Assembly (NCBI GenBank): GCA_900544595.1
Contig: UQVQ01000002.1
Span: 8,756-72,755 of the forward strand
Direction of reading: 5' to 3'
DNA length: 64,000 bases
DNA from: an uncultured Bacillota bacterium
GTDB lineage: Bacteria; Bacillota; Clostridia; Christensenellales; UBA1242
A program made the translations under genes and the position numbers. Numbering within the stretch: position 1 is the first letter of the stretch; each line of letters begins with the position of its first letter. The notes below the pieces were generated by a model. It saw only the letters and a list, made by a program, of their open reading frames with translations. It ran no database searches and was not told the DNA's origin. This document shows positions 28,913 to 38,776 of the stretch, piece after piece.

Positions 28913-29503
28913 CTAAATTTCTCGTCTTGCTTCAAGCGCTTTTGCAAGGGTTATTTCATCGGCAAATTCAAGTTCGCTTCCCATTGAAATTCCTTGCGCC
29001 AGGCGCGTTACTTTAACGCCAAGAGGTTTAAGAAGTTTTGCAATATACATTGCTGTTGCATCCCCTTCAACATCTGGGTTTGTTGCCATGATAACTTCTT
29101 GTGTTCCATATTTGTTAATTCTTTCAAGAAGTTCCTTAATTCGAATGTCGTTGGGCCCTCTTCCTTCAAGAGGACTTATTGTTCCATGCAAAACATGATA
29201 AACGCCATCGAACGCTCGCGATTTTTCCATTGCAACAACGTCTTTTGGCTCTTTAACAACGCAAATTGTTTTTGGATTTCTTGTTTTGCAAATTGGGCAA
29301 ATTTCTTCGTCGGTGAAATTTCCGCATTCCTTGCAATAGCCAACTTCTCGTTTTGCTTGCATGATTGCATCAGAAAAATGTTCCGCATATTCTAAATCGG
29401 AATTTATAACTTTATATGCATATCTTTGGGCTGTTTTTGCGCCAACTCCTGGAAGAGTTCGAAACGCAGCAACAAGCCTTTCAAGAGCCTCAATTTCGTT
29501 CAT
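28913..29503 (-). CDS. recR: recombination protein RecR
   Basis: LPGVGAKTAQR helix-hairpin-helix, a C4 zinc finger (CKECGN...CPIC) and a Toprim domain. Confidence 0.95.
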   Translation of the reverse strand: MNEIEALERLVAAFRTLPGVGAKTAQRYAYKVINSDLEYAEHFSDAIMQAKREVGYCKECGNFTDEEICPICKTRNPKTICVVKEPKDVVAMEKSRAFDGVYHVLHGTISPLEGRGPNDIRIKELLERINKYGTQEVIMATNPDVEGDATAMYIAKLLKPLGVKVTRLAQGISMGSELEFADEITLAKALEARREI

Positions 29504-29504
29504 C

Positions 29505-29846
29505 TTACATTAGCCCCGGAACAGAAGGTGTGTTTTCCTTTTCAACCTTTTCAATTTGACTTGTTGCATCGTTAATTGCAGCAATAATAAGGTCTTGAAG
29601 CATTTCAACATCGTCTGGGTCAACAATTTCTTGTTTGATTGAAAGCGATTTAAGTTTTTTATCGCCTGTCATAACAACTTCAACCATTCCGCCGCCAGAT
29701 TTTGCAACAAATTCGGTGCTGTTAAGTTCCTCTTTTGCCTTTTCCATATCTTCCTGCATCTTTTGTGCTTGCTTCATAAGCTGTTGCATATTAAATCCGC
29801 CGCCGAAGCCACCCATGCCTCCAAATCCACCTCTATATCCGCTCAT
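29505..29846 (-). CDS. ybaB: nucleoid-associated protein YbaB/EbfC
   Basis: 113 aa. A Gly-rich N-terminus, then MQQLMKQAQKMQEDMEKAKEEL and the YbaB fold pattern. It is adjacent to recR. Confidence 0.9.
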   Translation of the reverse strand: MSGYRGGFGGMGGFGGGFNMQQLMKQAQKMQEDMEKAKEELNSTEFVAKSGGGMVEVVMTGDKKLKSLSIKQEIVDPDDVEMLQDLIIAAINDATSQIEKVEKENTPSVPGLM

Positions 29847-29922
29847 AAATTCTCCTTTTATTGTTTAATAGATTAACATAAACAAACAAAAATGTAAAAC
29901 TAAAAATTTGTTTGTTGAACTT

Positions 29923-31407
29923 TTATTCTTTGTCTTCCGTCTTTGTGGTGCTTTTGTTTTCCATTTCTAGCGCGCAAGACTTATTTTTGCTTTCGTTTTC
30001 TTTTAAAACTTGTTCGCCTTCCCCTCTCTTTTCGTCAATAATATTTTCTTTCATTCCTCTTAAAAAGTTTTCTTCTTCACGTTTATTTTCAATGTTTAAA
30101 GAAAGATTTTCCCCGCTTAATTTTTTGCCGCTTTCAATGCTATTTAACTCGTTTTGTGGTTGAATTAAATTTTCATTGCTCGAATTATTTTCAAGATTTA
30201 CCCTATTTTGTTTAGCGCAATCCAAAACCTTTCCCGCTGGAACAACTTGCGTTAAAACAAGAAGTTTAAGCCCGCCGCAAATTGCAAGCGCAATTCCAAT
30301 TGTTGGAACAGCCAAGCAAATTGCCGCAATTGGAATTGAAGTAAGTTTTCGATATGTGTCCTTCATTGCAAAAAGTCGCGCACTGTTCTTTTCATGGTTT
30401 CCATTAGCATAAAAAGCCGTGTCGAAAGGAACAAGATGGAATGGGGTTGCAAGCCCAAAAACTCCAGCCAAAATGCAAGCAAGCCAAACAACATTAACAA
30501 AGGAAATTGCAATTGTTACTCCCGCAGCAAGAACAATTGAAACAGAGCCAATAATTTTCCAATCAATCTTTTTAAGAAGCCATGCAATAAGCAAACTTCC
30601 AATTAGGTTTGTAACGGAAATTATAATTTTAATTACAGCTGCTGAAACAAAGGTTGAAAACGCAACATATGCGTTTAAAACAAAGAAAACATCAAGAATT
30701 GTAACAACTCCAACAAGCCCTTCGCAAACCCAAGGATAGTAGTTTTTGAAAGGATTGAATTTTTGTTTTGGCTTAGCGGTTTCATTTTGAGTTATTTCAA
30801 CTTCCATTTTTGCTTCTTCCGCTGGCTTTTGTTCTTTATAAAGGAAGAAGAAAACTGTTGTTAAAACAACATAAATAATAATTCCCGCAAGAGAAACCCA
30901 TTTTGAATCGAACCTATCTAAAATAAATGCGCTTGCAAGAAGAAAAACAACGCCACCAAGATAGTCGAATGCTTGAATGAAGCTTTGGGTTTTAGGATTT
31001 GAACTTTGTTTAAGTTTTCCAATTAAAACCCCAAGCGGACATGCCCCAAACGAGTTAACAAGCCCGTTTAGAACTGAAAACAAAATCATAAAAAGCAAAC
31101 TGTCCATTTCAAAAAAGAAAAGAGAAAACATTGCAAGATATGGAATTGAACGCAAAAGCAAAGAAATTTTTGGATATTTCGCAAAAAATTTGTTTAAAAG
31201 AACATTTGTTAAAATTTGAACAAATGAATATATCATCATGTAATACATCACATACGACAATTTTCCAGATGATTTATAAATAAAAACTGCGCCAAATGCC
31301 TTAATCATAGATTCGCAAATTGTGCTTGCGCAGCGATAGAACCCAACCCCAAGAAAATTTCTCTTTTCCGTTTTTTCGTTTGTCAACCTTGTTTTCCCTT
31401 TATTCAA
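29923..31407 (-). CDS. MFS-like polytopic membrane transporter with a low-complexity C-terminal tail
   Basis: About 12 hydrophobic helices in a 6+6 arrangement with a central charged loop. The listed start is TTG; an internal ATG at 31308 is possible. Confidence 0.65.
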   Translation of the reverse strand: MNKGKTRLTNEKTEKRNFLGVGFYRCASTICESMIKAFGAVFIYKSSGKLSYVMYYMMIYSFVQILTNVLLNKFFAKYPKISLLLRSIPYLAMFSLFFFEMDSLLFMILFSVLNGLVNSFGACPLGVLIGKLKQSSNPKTQSFIQAFDYLGGVVFLLASAFILDRFDSKWVSLAGIIIYVVLTTVFFFLYKEQKPAEEAKMEVEITQNETAKPKQKFNPFKNYYPWVCEGLVGVVTILDVFFVLNAYVAFSTFVSAAVIKIIISVTNLIGSLLIAWLLKKIDWKIIGSVSIVLAAGVTIAISFVNVVWLACILAGVFGLATPFHLVPFDTAFYANGNHEKNSARLFAMKDTYRKLTSIPIAAICLAVPTIGIALAICGGLKLLVLTQVVPAGKVLDCAKQNRVNLENNSSNENLIQPQNELNSIESGKKLSGENLSLNIENKREEENFLRGMKENIIDEKRGEGEQVLKENESKNKSCALEMENKSTTKTEDKE

Positions 31408-31756
31408 CAGTCAAATTATTTTTAAATTTCTCTTTCAAAAATTCAATGTCTTTCAAAACTTTTTCGTCTTTTGGTTCAACTTTTTTAATAACAATGCCCA
31501 AATCAATTCCCAAATATCTTAGCGCGCGTTTAATACTTAAAATGTTTTGATCGTTTGCAATAAGATTATATAAATATTCTTTTTCGGTTTTTGCAACAAG
31601 ATTTTCACCTTCAATTTCAATCTCTTCAATTTCCCCGCAGGAAACAAAAAGAGCTGCTTCCCCGCTTTCACGAAGACGCGTTAAAAGTTTTCCCCAAACT
31701 TGTTTTGGAGAGTAATTATCTTTTTTCACCTTAAAATTTAGTTTTTTTTTGAGCAA
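31400..31756 (-). CDS. dnaX: DnaX (tau) C-terminal segment, in the -1 frame relative to dnaX
   Basis: QVWGKLLTRLRESGEAALFVSCGEIEEIEIEGENLVAKTEKEYLYNLI resembles the C-terminal domain of Firmicutes DnaX. There is no credible independent start. It overlaps the dnaX stop at the A9 run. Confidence 0.7.
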   Translation of the reverse strand: MLKKKLNFKVKKDNYSPKQVWGKLLTRLRESGEAALFVSCGEIEEIEIEGENLVAKTEKEYLYNLIANDQNILSIKRALRYLGIDLGIVIKKVEPKDEKVLKDIEFLKEKFKNNLTVE

Positions 31757-32856
31757 TCTTCGCCCATAATTGCTTTAACGGTTGCAACTTCAACAAGCGT
31801 TCTTGGGCTAAGCGCATATTTTAAATCGGCTTCAATTTCCGAAAAGTTTTTCATAAGGAACATAAGCATTTCTTCCGAAACTTTTTCGGCTTGCTCCTCC
31901 ATTCTCTTAATTGTTTCGTTTGGAAGACTAAGAATTTCTGCTGCATTTTTTGAGGATTTAACAACAAGCAAGTTGCGGAAATGAACCGTTAAATCCTTTG
32001 CAAAAACAGAAATGTTAATTCCGCCTTTAATCGCTTCGTCGATAACTTCAAACGCTTTTCCGGTGTTCCCCTCAAAAATTGCGGTTGCAAAATCGAAAAG
32101 TTTGTCTTGATTTGTTGCCCCAAGCATTGAAAGCGCATTAGAATAACTTGCAACTCCGCCGCCAAGCGAAACAACAGCGTCGGCAATTGAAAGCATATCG
32201 CGAACGCTTCCTTGCGCGGCAGAAACAATAAGGTCAACGGCTTCGTCCTCAAAGTTAATTTTTTCTTTATTGAAAATTGAAATTAAGTGTTTTTTAAGTT
32301 CAACAGGTGAAATAAGTTTAAAATCAAATTTCAAGCAGCGTGAAAGAATTGTTTGTGGAAGTTTGTGTGGTTCGGTTGTTCCAAGAATGAAAACAACATG
32401 TGCAGGTGGCTCTTCCAAGGTTTTTAAAAGAGCGTTAAAGGCGCTGTCGGTTAACATATGAACTTCGTCGATAATGTATACTTTATATTTTCCGTTTGTT
32501 GGAAGAAATTTAACTTTTTCGCGAATTTCCCTAACTTCGTCAACTCTGTTGTTTGACGCAGCATCAATTTCGATAATATCCATATTATTTGTTTCAGCAA
32601 GCGCTTTGCAAACTTCGCATTCATAGCAAGGCGACCCATTAACCGGCGAAAGACAATTAACCGCGCGCGCAAAAATTCTTGCAACACTTGTTTTCCCCGT
32701 TCCCCTGCTTCCCGAAAAAAGATAGGCATGGGAAATTTCCCCTTTCATAACTTGGTTTGAAAGAGTTCTTGTTATGTGGTTTTGCCCAATAACTTCGTCA
32801 AATGTGTTTGGTCGATATTTTCTATATAGTGCCTGATACATATTTTTAGTATACAC
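31738..32856 (-). CDS. dnaX: DNA polymerase III subunit gamma/tau (domains I-III; zero-frame product 372 aa)
   Basis: YRKYRP, GSRGTGKTS, the zinc module CxxC...CxxC, IIDEVHMLT and LKTLEEPP. It terminates two codons after the A9 run. The start is GTG at 32856 or ATG at 32841. Confidence 0.95.
   Translation of the reverse strand: MYTKNMYQALYRKYRPNTFDEVIGQNHITRTLSNQVMKGEISHAYLFSGSRGTGKTSVARIFARAVNCLSPVNGSPCYECEVCKALAETNNMDIIEIDAASNNRVDEVREIREKVKFLPTNGKYKVYIIDEVHMLTDSAFNALLKTLEEPPAHVVFILGTTEPHKLPQTILSRCLKFDFKLISPVELKKHLISIFNKEKINFEDEAVDLIVSAAQGSVRDMLSIADAVVSLGGGVASYSNALSMLGATNQDKLFDFATAIFEGNTGKAFEVIDEAIKGGINISVFAKDLTVHFRNLLVVKSSKNAAEILSLPNETIKRMEEQAEKVSEEMLMFLMKNFSEIEADLKYALSPRTLVEVATVKAIMGEDCSKKN
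31742..31750 (-). other. A9 slippery run at the dnaX frame junction
   Basis: Minus strand: TGC TCA AAA AAA AAC TAA. The -1 frame reads CTC AAA AAA AAA CTA AAT and continues into the C-terminal segment. Confidence 0.8.
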
Positions 32857-32994
32857 CGCCGCCTTTGTTTTTCAAAGTCTTTTAGGAAAAATTATTTCAA
32901 AATTTTCCCTTTTCCTTTTTTTTAAAATTTTTAATTGCAAAAAAGTTTTTAATATATTATTATTAAAAAAGAAAACTAACATATAGAGGGAAAA

Positions 32995-35184
32995 ATGAAA
33001 GCACTTGGAAAAACACTTCTTGCGATACTCATTATTGCGCTTGTTGGCGGCGGAGTTTATCTTGGCGTTTTTAGGCGCGACCTTTTCAAAAAACCAACCT
33101 ACACAGTCACATATGTTTGCGAAGACAAAAGTTTCGAAGATAAGACCGTTGAGGTTAATTCGGGCGAAAAATTAAAACTCCCAACTCCTCAGCGCGAGGG
33201 CTACACTTTTGACGGCTGGTTTAACGGCGACAAGAAATGGACAAACGATATGCCAGTTAAAGAAAACTTAACATTAACTGCAAAATGGAAAATTAAAAAC
33301 ATTTTAATTTCTTTTCAAAGCGGCGAGAACTCTTTTTCCAACGCATTTTCTCTTGGCGAACCTCTTCCGGTTTTAACAAAAGAAGGCTATAATTTCGACG
33401 GCTGGTTCACGGCGCTTGAAGGCGGCGAAAAAATTGAAGTTGCATCCGCAGACCTTGCGAACACAACTCTTTATTCAAGATTTTCATTACAAACCTATTC
33501 AATAACCTACATTCTTGACGGCGGACAGGAAACAACAAATCCAACTTCATTCACGGCTGAAACCCCAACATTCACTCTTGCCCAACCAACAAAAGAAAAC
33601 AATGTTTTTGAGGGCTGGAGCGGAACTGGAATCGACGGAATTTCAAAAACCGTAACAATTATAAAAGGAACAAATCAAGATCTTGTTTTCACGGCAAATT
33701 GGATTCCAGAAGTAATTCAAATTTCATTTATCGTTGACGGAAAGAAAATCAATAAAACTGCAACTCTTCAATATGGCGAAACACTTGCAAGCATTTCGCT
33801 TAACGCGGAAAGTCTTGGACTTTCGGGCTATACTTTAAGCGATTTCTATTCCGACAGTTCCATGCAAACAAAACAAGATTTAACAACCCCACTAAAAAAA
33901 GACACAATTCTCTATCTTTATTCAACATATATAATCGACAATGGTTTCTATGACTATCTTTCAAAATTCAAAGCTGCATCGAATAAAATTGAAATTAAAA
34001 GCTTTAACGAACTTGTTTCTTGGATCGACTATGTTCTTTTCAACAACATAACATCAAGCAAGGCAATAACTGCTTCGTTAACATATAAAACTTTTTCAAC
34101 AACAAGCAAACTTTTAAGCGAAGTTTCGTCCGCAATAAGCCAATCAACTTTCTCATATAAAAACACTGCTTATTCATACTGGGAAGGAAACACGAAAAAT
34201 GTTAAAATCTATGTTAACAACGACATGACGAATGAAGCTCAAAAAGTTTATGACGAAGGCCGCACAGGTATTCTTTCTCAAAACCCCTATGCACTTTCAA
34301 ATTTCACAAAAACTCGTTCCGATTCATTCAACGATTTCAACATTTATAATGTAACTAAAACACTTGAGGTTTCAACTTCCAACCAGCTTGTTTACGCTCT
34401 TGAAAAGGGGCTTAGACCTGTTTGCGTTCCGGGCTCAAAAGCAGAAACGGTTTTTGAAAAAGCAAAAGAAATCTTGCGAGATATTTGCAACGATGATATG
34501 ACAAATGTTGAAAAAGCTCGAGCAATTTATGAATGGATTATCCTTAATAACTCCTACGATCATAAGGCAGCCGACGAAATCACGGGGAACAACTGGTTTG
34601 AATACGACTCTTGGTTTGCAGAAGGTGTTTTTATTAGCAAAAAGGCCGTTTGCGACGGAATTTGCAAAGCGTTCTTAATTATGGCAAAAATTGAAGGAAT
34701 TCCAACAATTCGCGTAACTGGAAACGCCCACGCTTGGAACAAAGTATATCTTAATGGGGCTTGGTTTGGAGTTGATGCAACCCATGGTGACCTTTCGATT
34801 AGCGGAAGTTATGAAGCCCTAACCTACACTAGTTTCCTCTTCACCGACGAATATAAACGAAACGCTGGGTTCACTTCAGAAGAATATCCAAACATTATTG
34901 CAAACACTGTTGCCGACGTTTATGGAAACATTAAATTTGATAATAATGGCAAACCGTTCGACCTTTTAATTGGAAGCATGGCCGAATTCGATAACCTTTT
35001 AAACTATATTAAAGCAAATGTTCGCTCTTCGGTCTACACATTTGAAATTGCGATTGACCCTTCTGGAAGCGTAACCGCCTCTCAGCTCTATTCCAGATTT
35101 AGGCTTTCAATAAGTTTTTCACTCTCTCAAATTGAAAAGACCGATTCCGCAGGAAACAAAGTTATTATGTTTATTAAAAACTAA
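32995..35184 (+). CDS. cell-surface protein with Listeria-Bacteroides (Flg_new) repeats and a C-terminal transglutaminase-like cysteine peptidase domain
   Basis: N-terminal anchor. Repeated GY(T/N)FDGWF motifs. C-terminal AVCDGICKAFLIMAKIEGIPT...GNAHAWNKVY...GVDATHGD supplies a Cys-His-Asp triad pattern. Confidence 0.8.
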   Translation: MKALGKTLLAILIIALVGGGVYLGVFRRDLFKKPTYTVTYVCEDKSFEDKTVEVNSGEKLKLPTPQREGYTFDGWFNGDKKWTNDMPVKENLTLTAKWKIKNILISFQSGENSFSNAFSLGEPLPVLTKEGYNFDGWFTALEGGEKIEVASADLANTTLYSRFSLQTYSITYILDGGQETTNPTSFTAETPTFTLAQPTKENNVFEGWSGTGIDGISKTVTIIKGTNQDLVFTANWIPEVIQISFIVDGKKINKTATLQYGETLASISLNAESLGLSGYTLSDFYSDSSMQTKQDLTTPLKKDTILYLYSTYIIDNGFYDYLSKFKAASNKIEIKSFNELVSWIDYVLFNNITSSKAITASLTYKTFSTTSKLLSEVSSAISQSTFSYKNTAYSYWEGNTKNVKIYVNNDMTNEAQKVYDEGRTGILSQNPYALSNFTKTRSDSFNDFNIYNVTKTLEVSTSNQLVYALEKGLRPVCVPGSKAETVFEKAKEILRDICNDDMTNVEKARAIYEWIILNNSYDHKAADEITGNNWFEYDSWFAEGVFISKKAVCDGICKAFLIMAKIEGIPTIRVTGNAHAWNKVYLNGAWFGVDATHGDLSISGSYEALTYTSFLFTDEYKRNAGFTSEEYPNIIANTVADVYGNIKFDNNGKPFDLLIGSMAEFDNLLNYIKANVRSSVYTFEIAIDPSGSVTASQLYSRFRLSISFSLSQIEKTDSAGNKVIMFIKN

Positions 35185-35196
35185 CTTTATTTAATT

Positions 35197-35236
35197 AAAA
35201 AAGAAACTTCGCAGATTTTGCGAAGTTTCTTTTTTC
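35197..35236. terminator. bidirectional terminator
   Basis: GAAACTTCGCA-gattt-TGCGAAGTTTC flanked by an A-run and a T-run. Confidence 0.85.
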
Positions 35237-35240
35237 ATAT

Positions 35241-37040
35241 TTAATTATCAATAACTTCGGAATTTTTTCTTGAAAATTGGCTTTCATAGAGTTCTTTATA
35301 GAACCCACCTTTTTTCATTAAGTTTTTATGCGTTCCGCTTTCAATTATGTTTCCGTCTTTCATAACAAGAATTAAATTTGCATTTTTAATTGTTGAAAGC
35401 CTGTGGGCAATAACAAAACTTGTTCTGCCATGCGAAAGCTTGTCCATTGCCTTTTGAATTTGAATTTCGGTTCGCGTGTCAACATTGCTTGTTGCTTCAT
35501 CCAAAATCAACATTGGGCAATTTTGAATCATTGCTCTTGCAATTGTTAAAAGTTGTTTTTGACCCGCTGAAATTGTTGTTTGATTGTTCAAAACTGTTTC
35601 ATAACCTTTTGGCAAAGTTCGAACAAAGTGGTCGAAATCAATTGCCTTGCAAGCCGCAATAACCTCTTCGTTCGAAACATTTTCTTTGCTGTAAACAATG
35701 TTTTCTTTAACTGTTCCGTCGAAAACCCATGTGTCTTGCAACACCATGCTAAACAAACTGTGAACTGTTTCGCGTGAAAGTTTTTTCGTTGAAACACCGT
35801 CAATCAAAATTTCCCCGCTGTCAATTTCATAGAACCTCATAAGAAGGTTAACAAGCGTTGTTTTCCCCGCTCCAGTTGGGCCAACAATTGCAACCTTTTG
35901 CCCCGCTTTAACCTTTGCAGAGAAATCGTGGATTATTGTTTTATCTTTGTCATAGCCAAAGCAAACATTTTTAAATTCAACGTCGCCTTTAACTTTTCTA
36001 AGTTTTTTCTTTCTTGGGCTTTCAACTTCAAGTTCTTTTTCATCCAAAAACTCAAAAACTCTTTCGCTTGCCGCGCTCATCGATTGAACATACGACGCAA
36101 TTTGCGCAAAATCGGTTAATGTGTTTGAAAACAAGCGAACATAAATTATGAACGAAACAATAACGCCAAAACCCATTTTGCCTTGTGCAACCAAAACTGC
36201 TCCAACAACGCAAACAACAACATAGCCAAGGTTTCCAATGAATGTCATAAGAGGCATCATAAGCCCCGAAAGAAACTGACTTTTCCATGCGTTTTTATGC
36301 AGTTTTTTGTTAATTTCGGAAAACTCTTCAATTGCTTTTTCTTTGTTTCCATATGCTCTAACAATGCTAAGCCCAGAATAGTTTTCTTCAACATAGCCAT
36401 TAAGTTTTCCAAGTTCTGCTTGTTGCGCCATAAAATATTTTTGTGATTTAGCCATGATAACAGCCATAATCCCAAATCCGATAATCGACGAGCCAATTGC
36501 TGCAAATGCCATAATCCAGTTTGTTACAAACATCATAACAATCGACCCAATAAGCAAAATAACAGCGCTAATAAAACTAGAAACAGTGTTGTTAAGCGAA
36601 GAAGAAATTAAATCGATATCGTTTGTAACGCGGCTTAAAACATCGCCAGTTGGAGTTGAATCTAAAAATTTAAGTGGAAGACGATTGATTTTCTTTGAAA
36701 TATCTGTTCTTAAATTTTTACTTATTTTTTGCGAAAATTGAACCATTAAAAAATTTTCAAAATACCAAAAAACACCAACGAAAACATATAAACAAACAAG
36801 AAAAATTCCAAGCTTTGTTATTTTTTCAAGGTCAATTCCCTCTGGCGAAAACATCCCATCCGAAATTAAGTTCGCAATATCGCCAACTTTCCCAGGGCCC
36901 CAAAGAGCCGCCAAAGTTGAAGCAATTGAAAAAACAAGAGCGATTATTATAACTGGAAGATATTTTTTGCAATACTTAAAAAGTTTCAACAAACTTGCTT
37001 TTGGATTTTTTGCTTTATTTGGATTAGAATTACCTCTCAT
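35241..37040 (-). CDS. ABC exporter permease/ATPase, heterodimer partner with the consensus Walker B
   Basis: Six-TM domain plus an NBD. Walker A GPTGAGKTT, Walker B LILDEATS, and a degenerate signature ISAGQ. Its ATG overlaps the upstream partner's stop. Confidence 0.9.
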   Translation of the reverse strand: MRGNSNPNKAKNPKASLLKLFKYCKKYLPVIIIALVFSIASTLAALWGPGKVGDIANLISDGMFSPEGIDLEKITKLGIFLVCLYVFVGVFWYFENFLMVQFSQKISKNLRTDISKKINRLPLKFLDSTPTGDVLSRVTNDIDLISSSLNNTVSSFISAVILLIGSIVMMFVTNWIMAFAAIGSSIIGFGIMAVIMAKSQKYFMAQQAELGKLNGYVEENYSGLSIVRAYGNKEKAIEEFSEINKKLHKNAWKSQFLSGLMMPLMTFIGNLGYVVVCVVGAVLVAQGKMGFGVIVSFIIYVRLFSNTLTDFAQIASYVQSMSAASERVFEFLDEKELEVESPRKKKLRKVKGDVEFKNVCFGYDKDKTIIHDFSAKVKAGQKVAIVGPTGAGKTTLVNLLMRFYEIDSGEILIDGVSTKKLSRETVHSLFSMVLQDTWVFDGTVKENIVYSKENVSNEEVIAACKAIDFDHFVRTLPKGYETVLNNQTTISAGQKQLLTIARAMIQNCPMLILDEATSNVDTRTEIQIQKAMDKLSHGRTSFVIAHRLSTIKNANLILVMKDGNIIESGTHKNLMKKGGFYKELYESQFSRKNSEVIDN

Positions 37041-38776
37041 TCAAGTTCCTCCTTGCTAAGTTGGGAAAGAGCAATTTCGCGATAGACCTTGCAATTTTGC
37101 ATAAGTTCTTTGTGCGTTCCCTGCCCAACAACTTGTCCTTTATCCAAAACAATGATCTCATCGGCATTAAGAATTGTTCCAATTCTTTGCGCAACAATAA
37201 GATTTGTTGTTTTTGAATTCCTTTTAAGCGCAGTTCGAAGTTTCTTGTCTGTTCGATAGTCAAGAGCCGAGAAACTGTCGTCAAAAATCATAATTTCAGG
37301 CTTTTTTGCAAGCGCGCGAGCAATTGAAAGGCGTTGTTTTTGTCCGCCCGAAAGATTGCTTCCCGCTTGCATAATTTCCGCGTCAAGCCCGCCTTTTTCT
37401 TTAATTATGTTTGCTCCTTGCGCAATTTCAAGCGCTTTTTCAATTTCTTCATCGGTTAAATTTTGCGAATCTTTCCCATAGGCAATGTTGCTTCGAAGTG
37501 TTCCGCTGAAAATAACGGCGCGCTGCGAAACATATCCAATCTTTTTGTTAAGTTGGTCGAAAGTGTAGTCTTTAATATTGTTCCCATCAATCAAAATTTC
37601 GCCTTCCGTTGCGTCATAAAATCTTGGAACAAGGTTAATTAAAGTGCTTTTTCCGCTTCCCGTTGAACCAATGAATGCAACGGTTTGCCCTTTCTTTGCT
37701 TTAAAGTTAACATTTTGCAAAACATATGCATCGGCGCCTGGATATTTGAATCCAACATTTCTAAATTCAATTTCACCTTCGCCTTTTGCTTCTGCCCCTT
37801 TGCCTTCGCGAACTTCCGATTTGCTAGATAAAACTTCGCTAATCCTTCTTCCCGAAACAATTACTCTTGGCAACATAATGAAAACCATAATAAGCATAAT
37901 AAACCCAGAAACAACAAGCATTGCATACGACATAAAAACAACCATGTCCGAGAAAAGGCCAAGTTTTTCACTCGTTGTTGCTTGCGAAATTATGATTGCT
38001 CCAATCCAATAAATCGCAAGACTTAAACAGTTTGTTAAAGTAACCATGAAAGGATTTAAAACCGAGAAAGCGCGGCCAGTGAAGAGTTGCGTTTTAGTTA
38101 ATGTGTCATTTGCTTTTTCAAATTTATTTTCTTCAAATTTTTCCGCGTTGTATGCTCTAACAACCCTAACACCAGTAAGACTTTCGCGAGTTACATTGTT
38201 AAGCGCGTCAATTTGTTTTTGAACTTTTCTAAATCTTGGAATTACGAAAATGATAAGTAATGTTACAACAACTAAAATAAGCCCAACAGCAACCGCAGTT
38301 GTAACCGTCCATTGCCAACTTTTGCCAGCGATTACGCAAATTGCCCAAATTGCCATAATTGGGGCTTTAATGAGCGATTGCATTCCCATTGCCAAAAAGT
38401 TCTGAATTTGAGTTATGTCGTTTGTTGTTCTTGTTATAAGCGATGGAACAGAAAACTTCTTTGTTTCGTCTTCCGAAAGGTTTTGAATTGCAACAAAAAC
38501 TTTCCCACGAAGTTTTGCCGCGAACCCAGTTGCAACCTTTGAAACGCAAAAACCAACAGTTGCCGAAACAACTGCATCGGCAAGTGCACACGAAAGCATG
38601 AAAGCGCCTTGAATTAAAATGTCCGAAATGCTCCCCCCTGTTTTAATTAGAGTTGTGATTTGGCTCATAAATTCTGGAATTTTCAAATTAAGCCAAACGC
38701 AACCCGCAATAAGTCCCGCGCTAAGCACCATTAAAATCCAGTCTTTAACTCCTAAATATTTGAATAGCTTAAACAA
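37037..38776 (-). CDS. ABC exporter permease/ATPase, heterodimer partner with the degenerate catalytic site
   Basis: Walker A GSTGSGKST and a canonical LSGGQ signature. Walker B is IMIFDDSFS, with Asp in place of the catalytic Glu. The start is TTG behind an AGGAGG SD. Confidence 0.9.
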   Translation of the reverse strand: MFKLFKYLGVKDWILMVLSAGLIAGCVWLNLKIPEFMSQITTLIKTGGSISDILIQGAFMLSCALADAVVSATVGFCVSKVATGFAAKLRGKVFVAIQNLSEDETKKFSVPSLITRTTNDITQIQNFLAMGMQSLIKAPIMAIWAICVIAGKSWQWTVTTAVAVGLILVVVTLLIIFVIPRFRKVQKQIDALNNVTRESLTGVRVVRAYNAEKFEENKFEKANDTLTKTQLFTGRAFSVLNPFMVTLTNCLSLAIYWIGAIIISQATTSEKLGLFSDMVVFMSYAMLVVSGFIMLIMVFIMLPRVIVSGRRISEVLSSKSEVREGKGAEAKGEGEIEFRNVGFKYPGADAYVLQNVNFKAKKGQTVAFIGSTGSGKSTLINLVPRFYDATEGEILIDGNNIKDYTFDQLNKKIGYVSQRAVIFSGTLRSNIAYGKDSQNLTDEEIEKALEIAQGANIIKEKGGLDAEIMQAGSNLSGGQKQRLSIARALAKKPEIMIFDDSFSALDYRTDKKLRTALKRNSKTTNLIVAQRIGTILNADEIIVLDKGQVVGQGTHKELMQNCKVYREIALSQLSKEELE

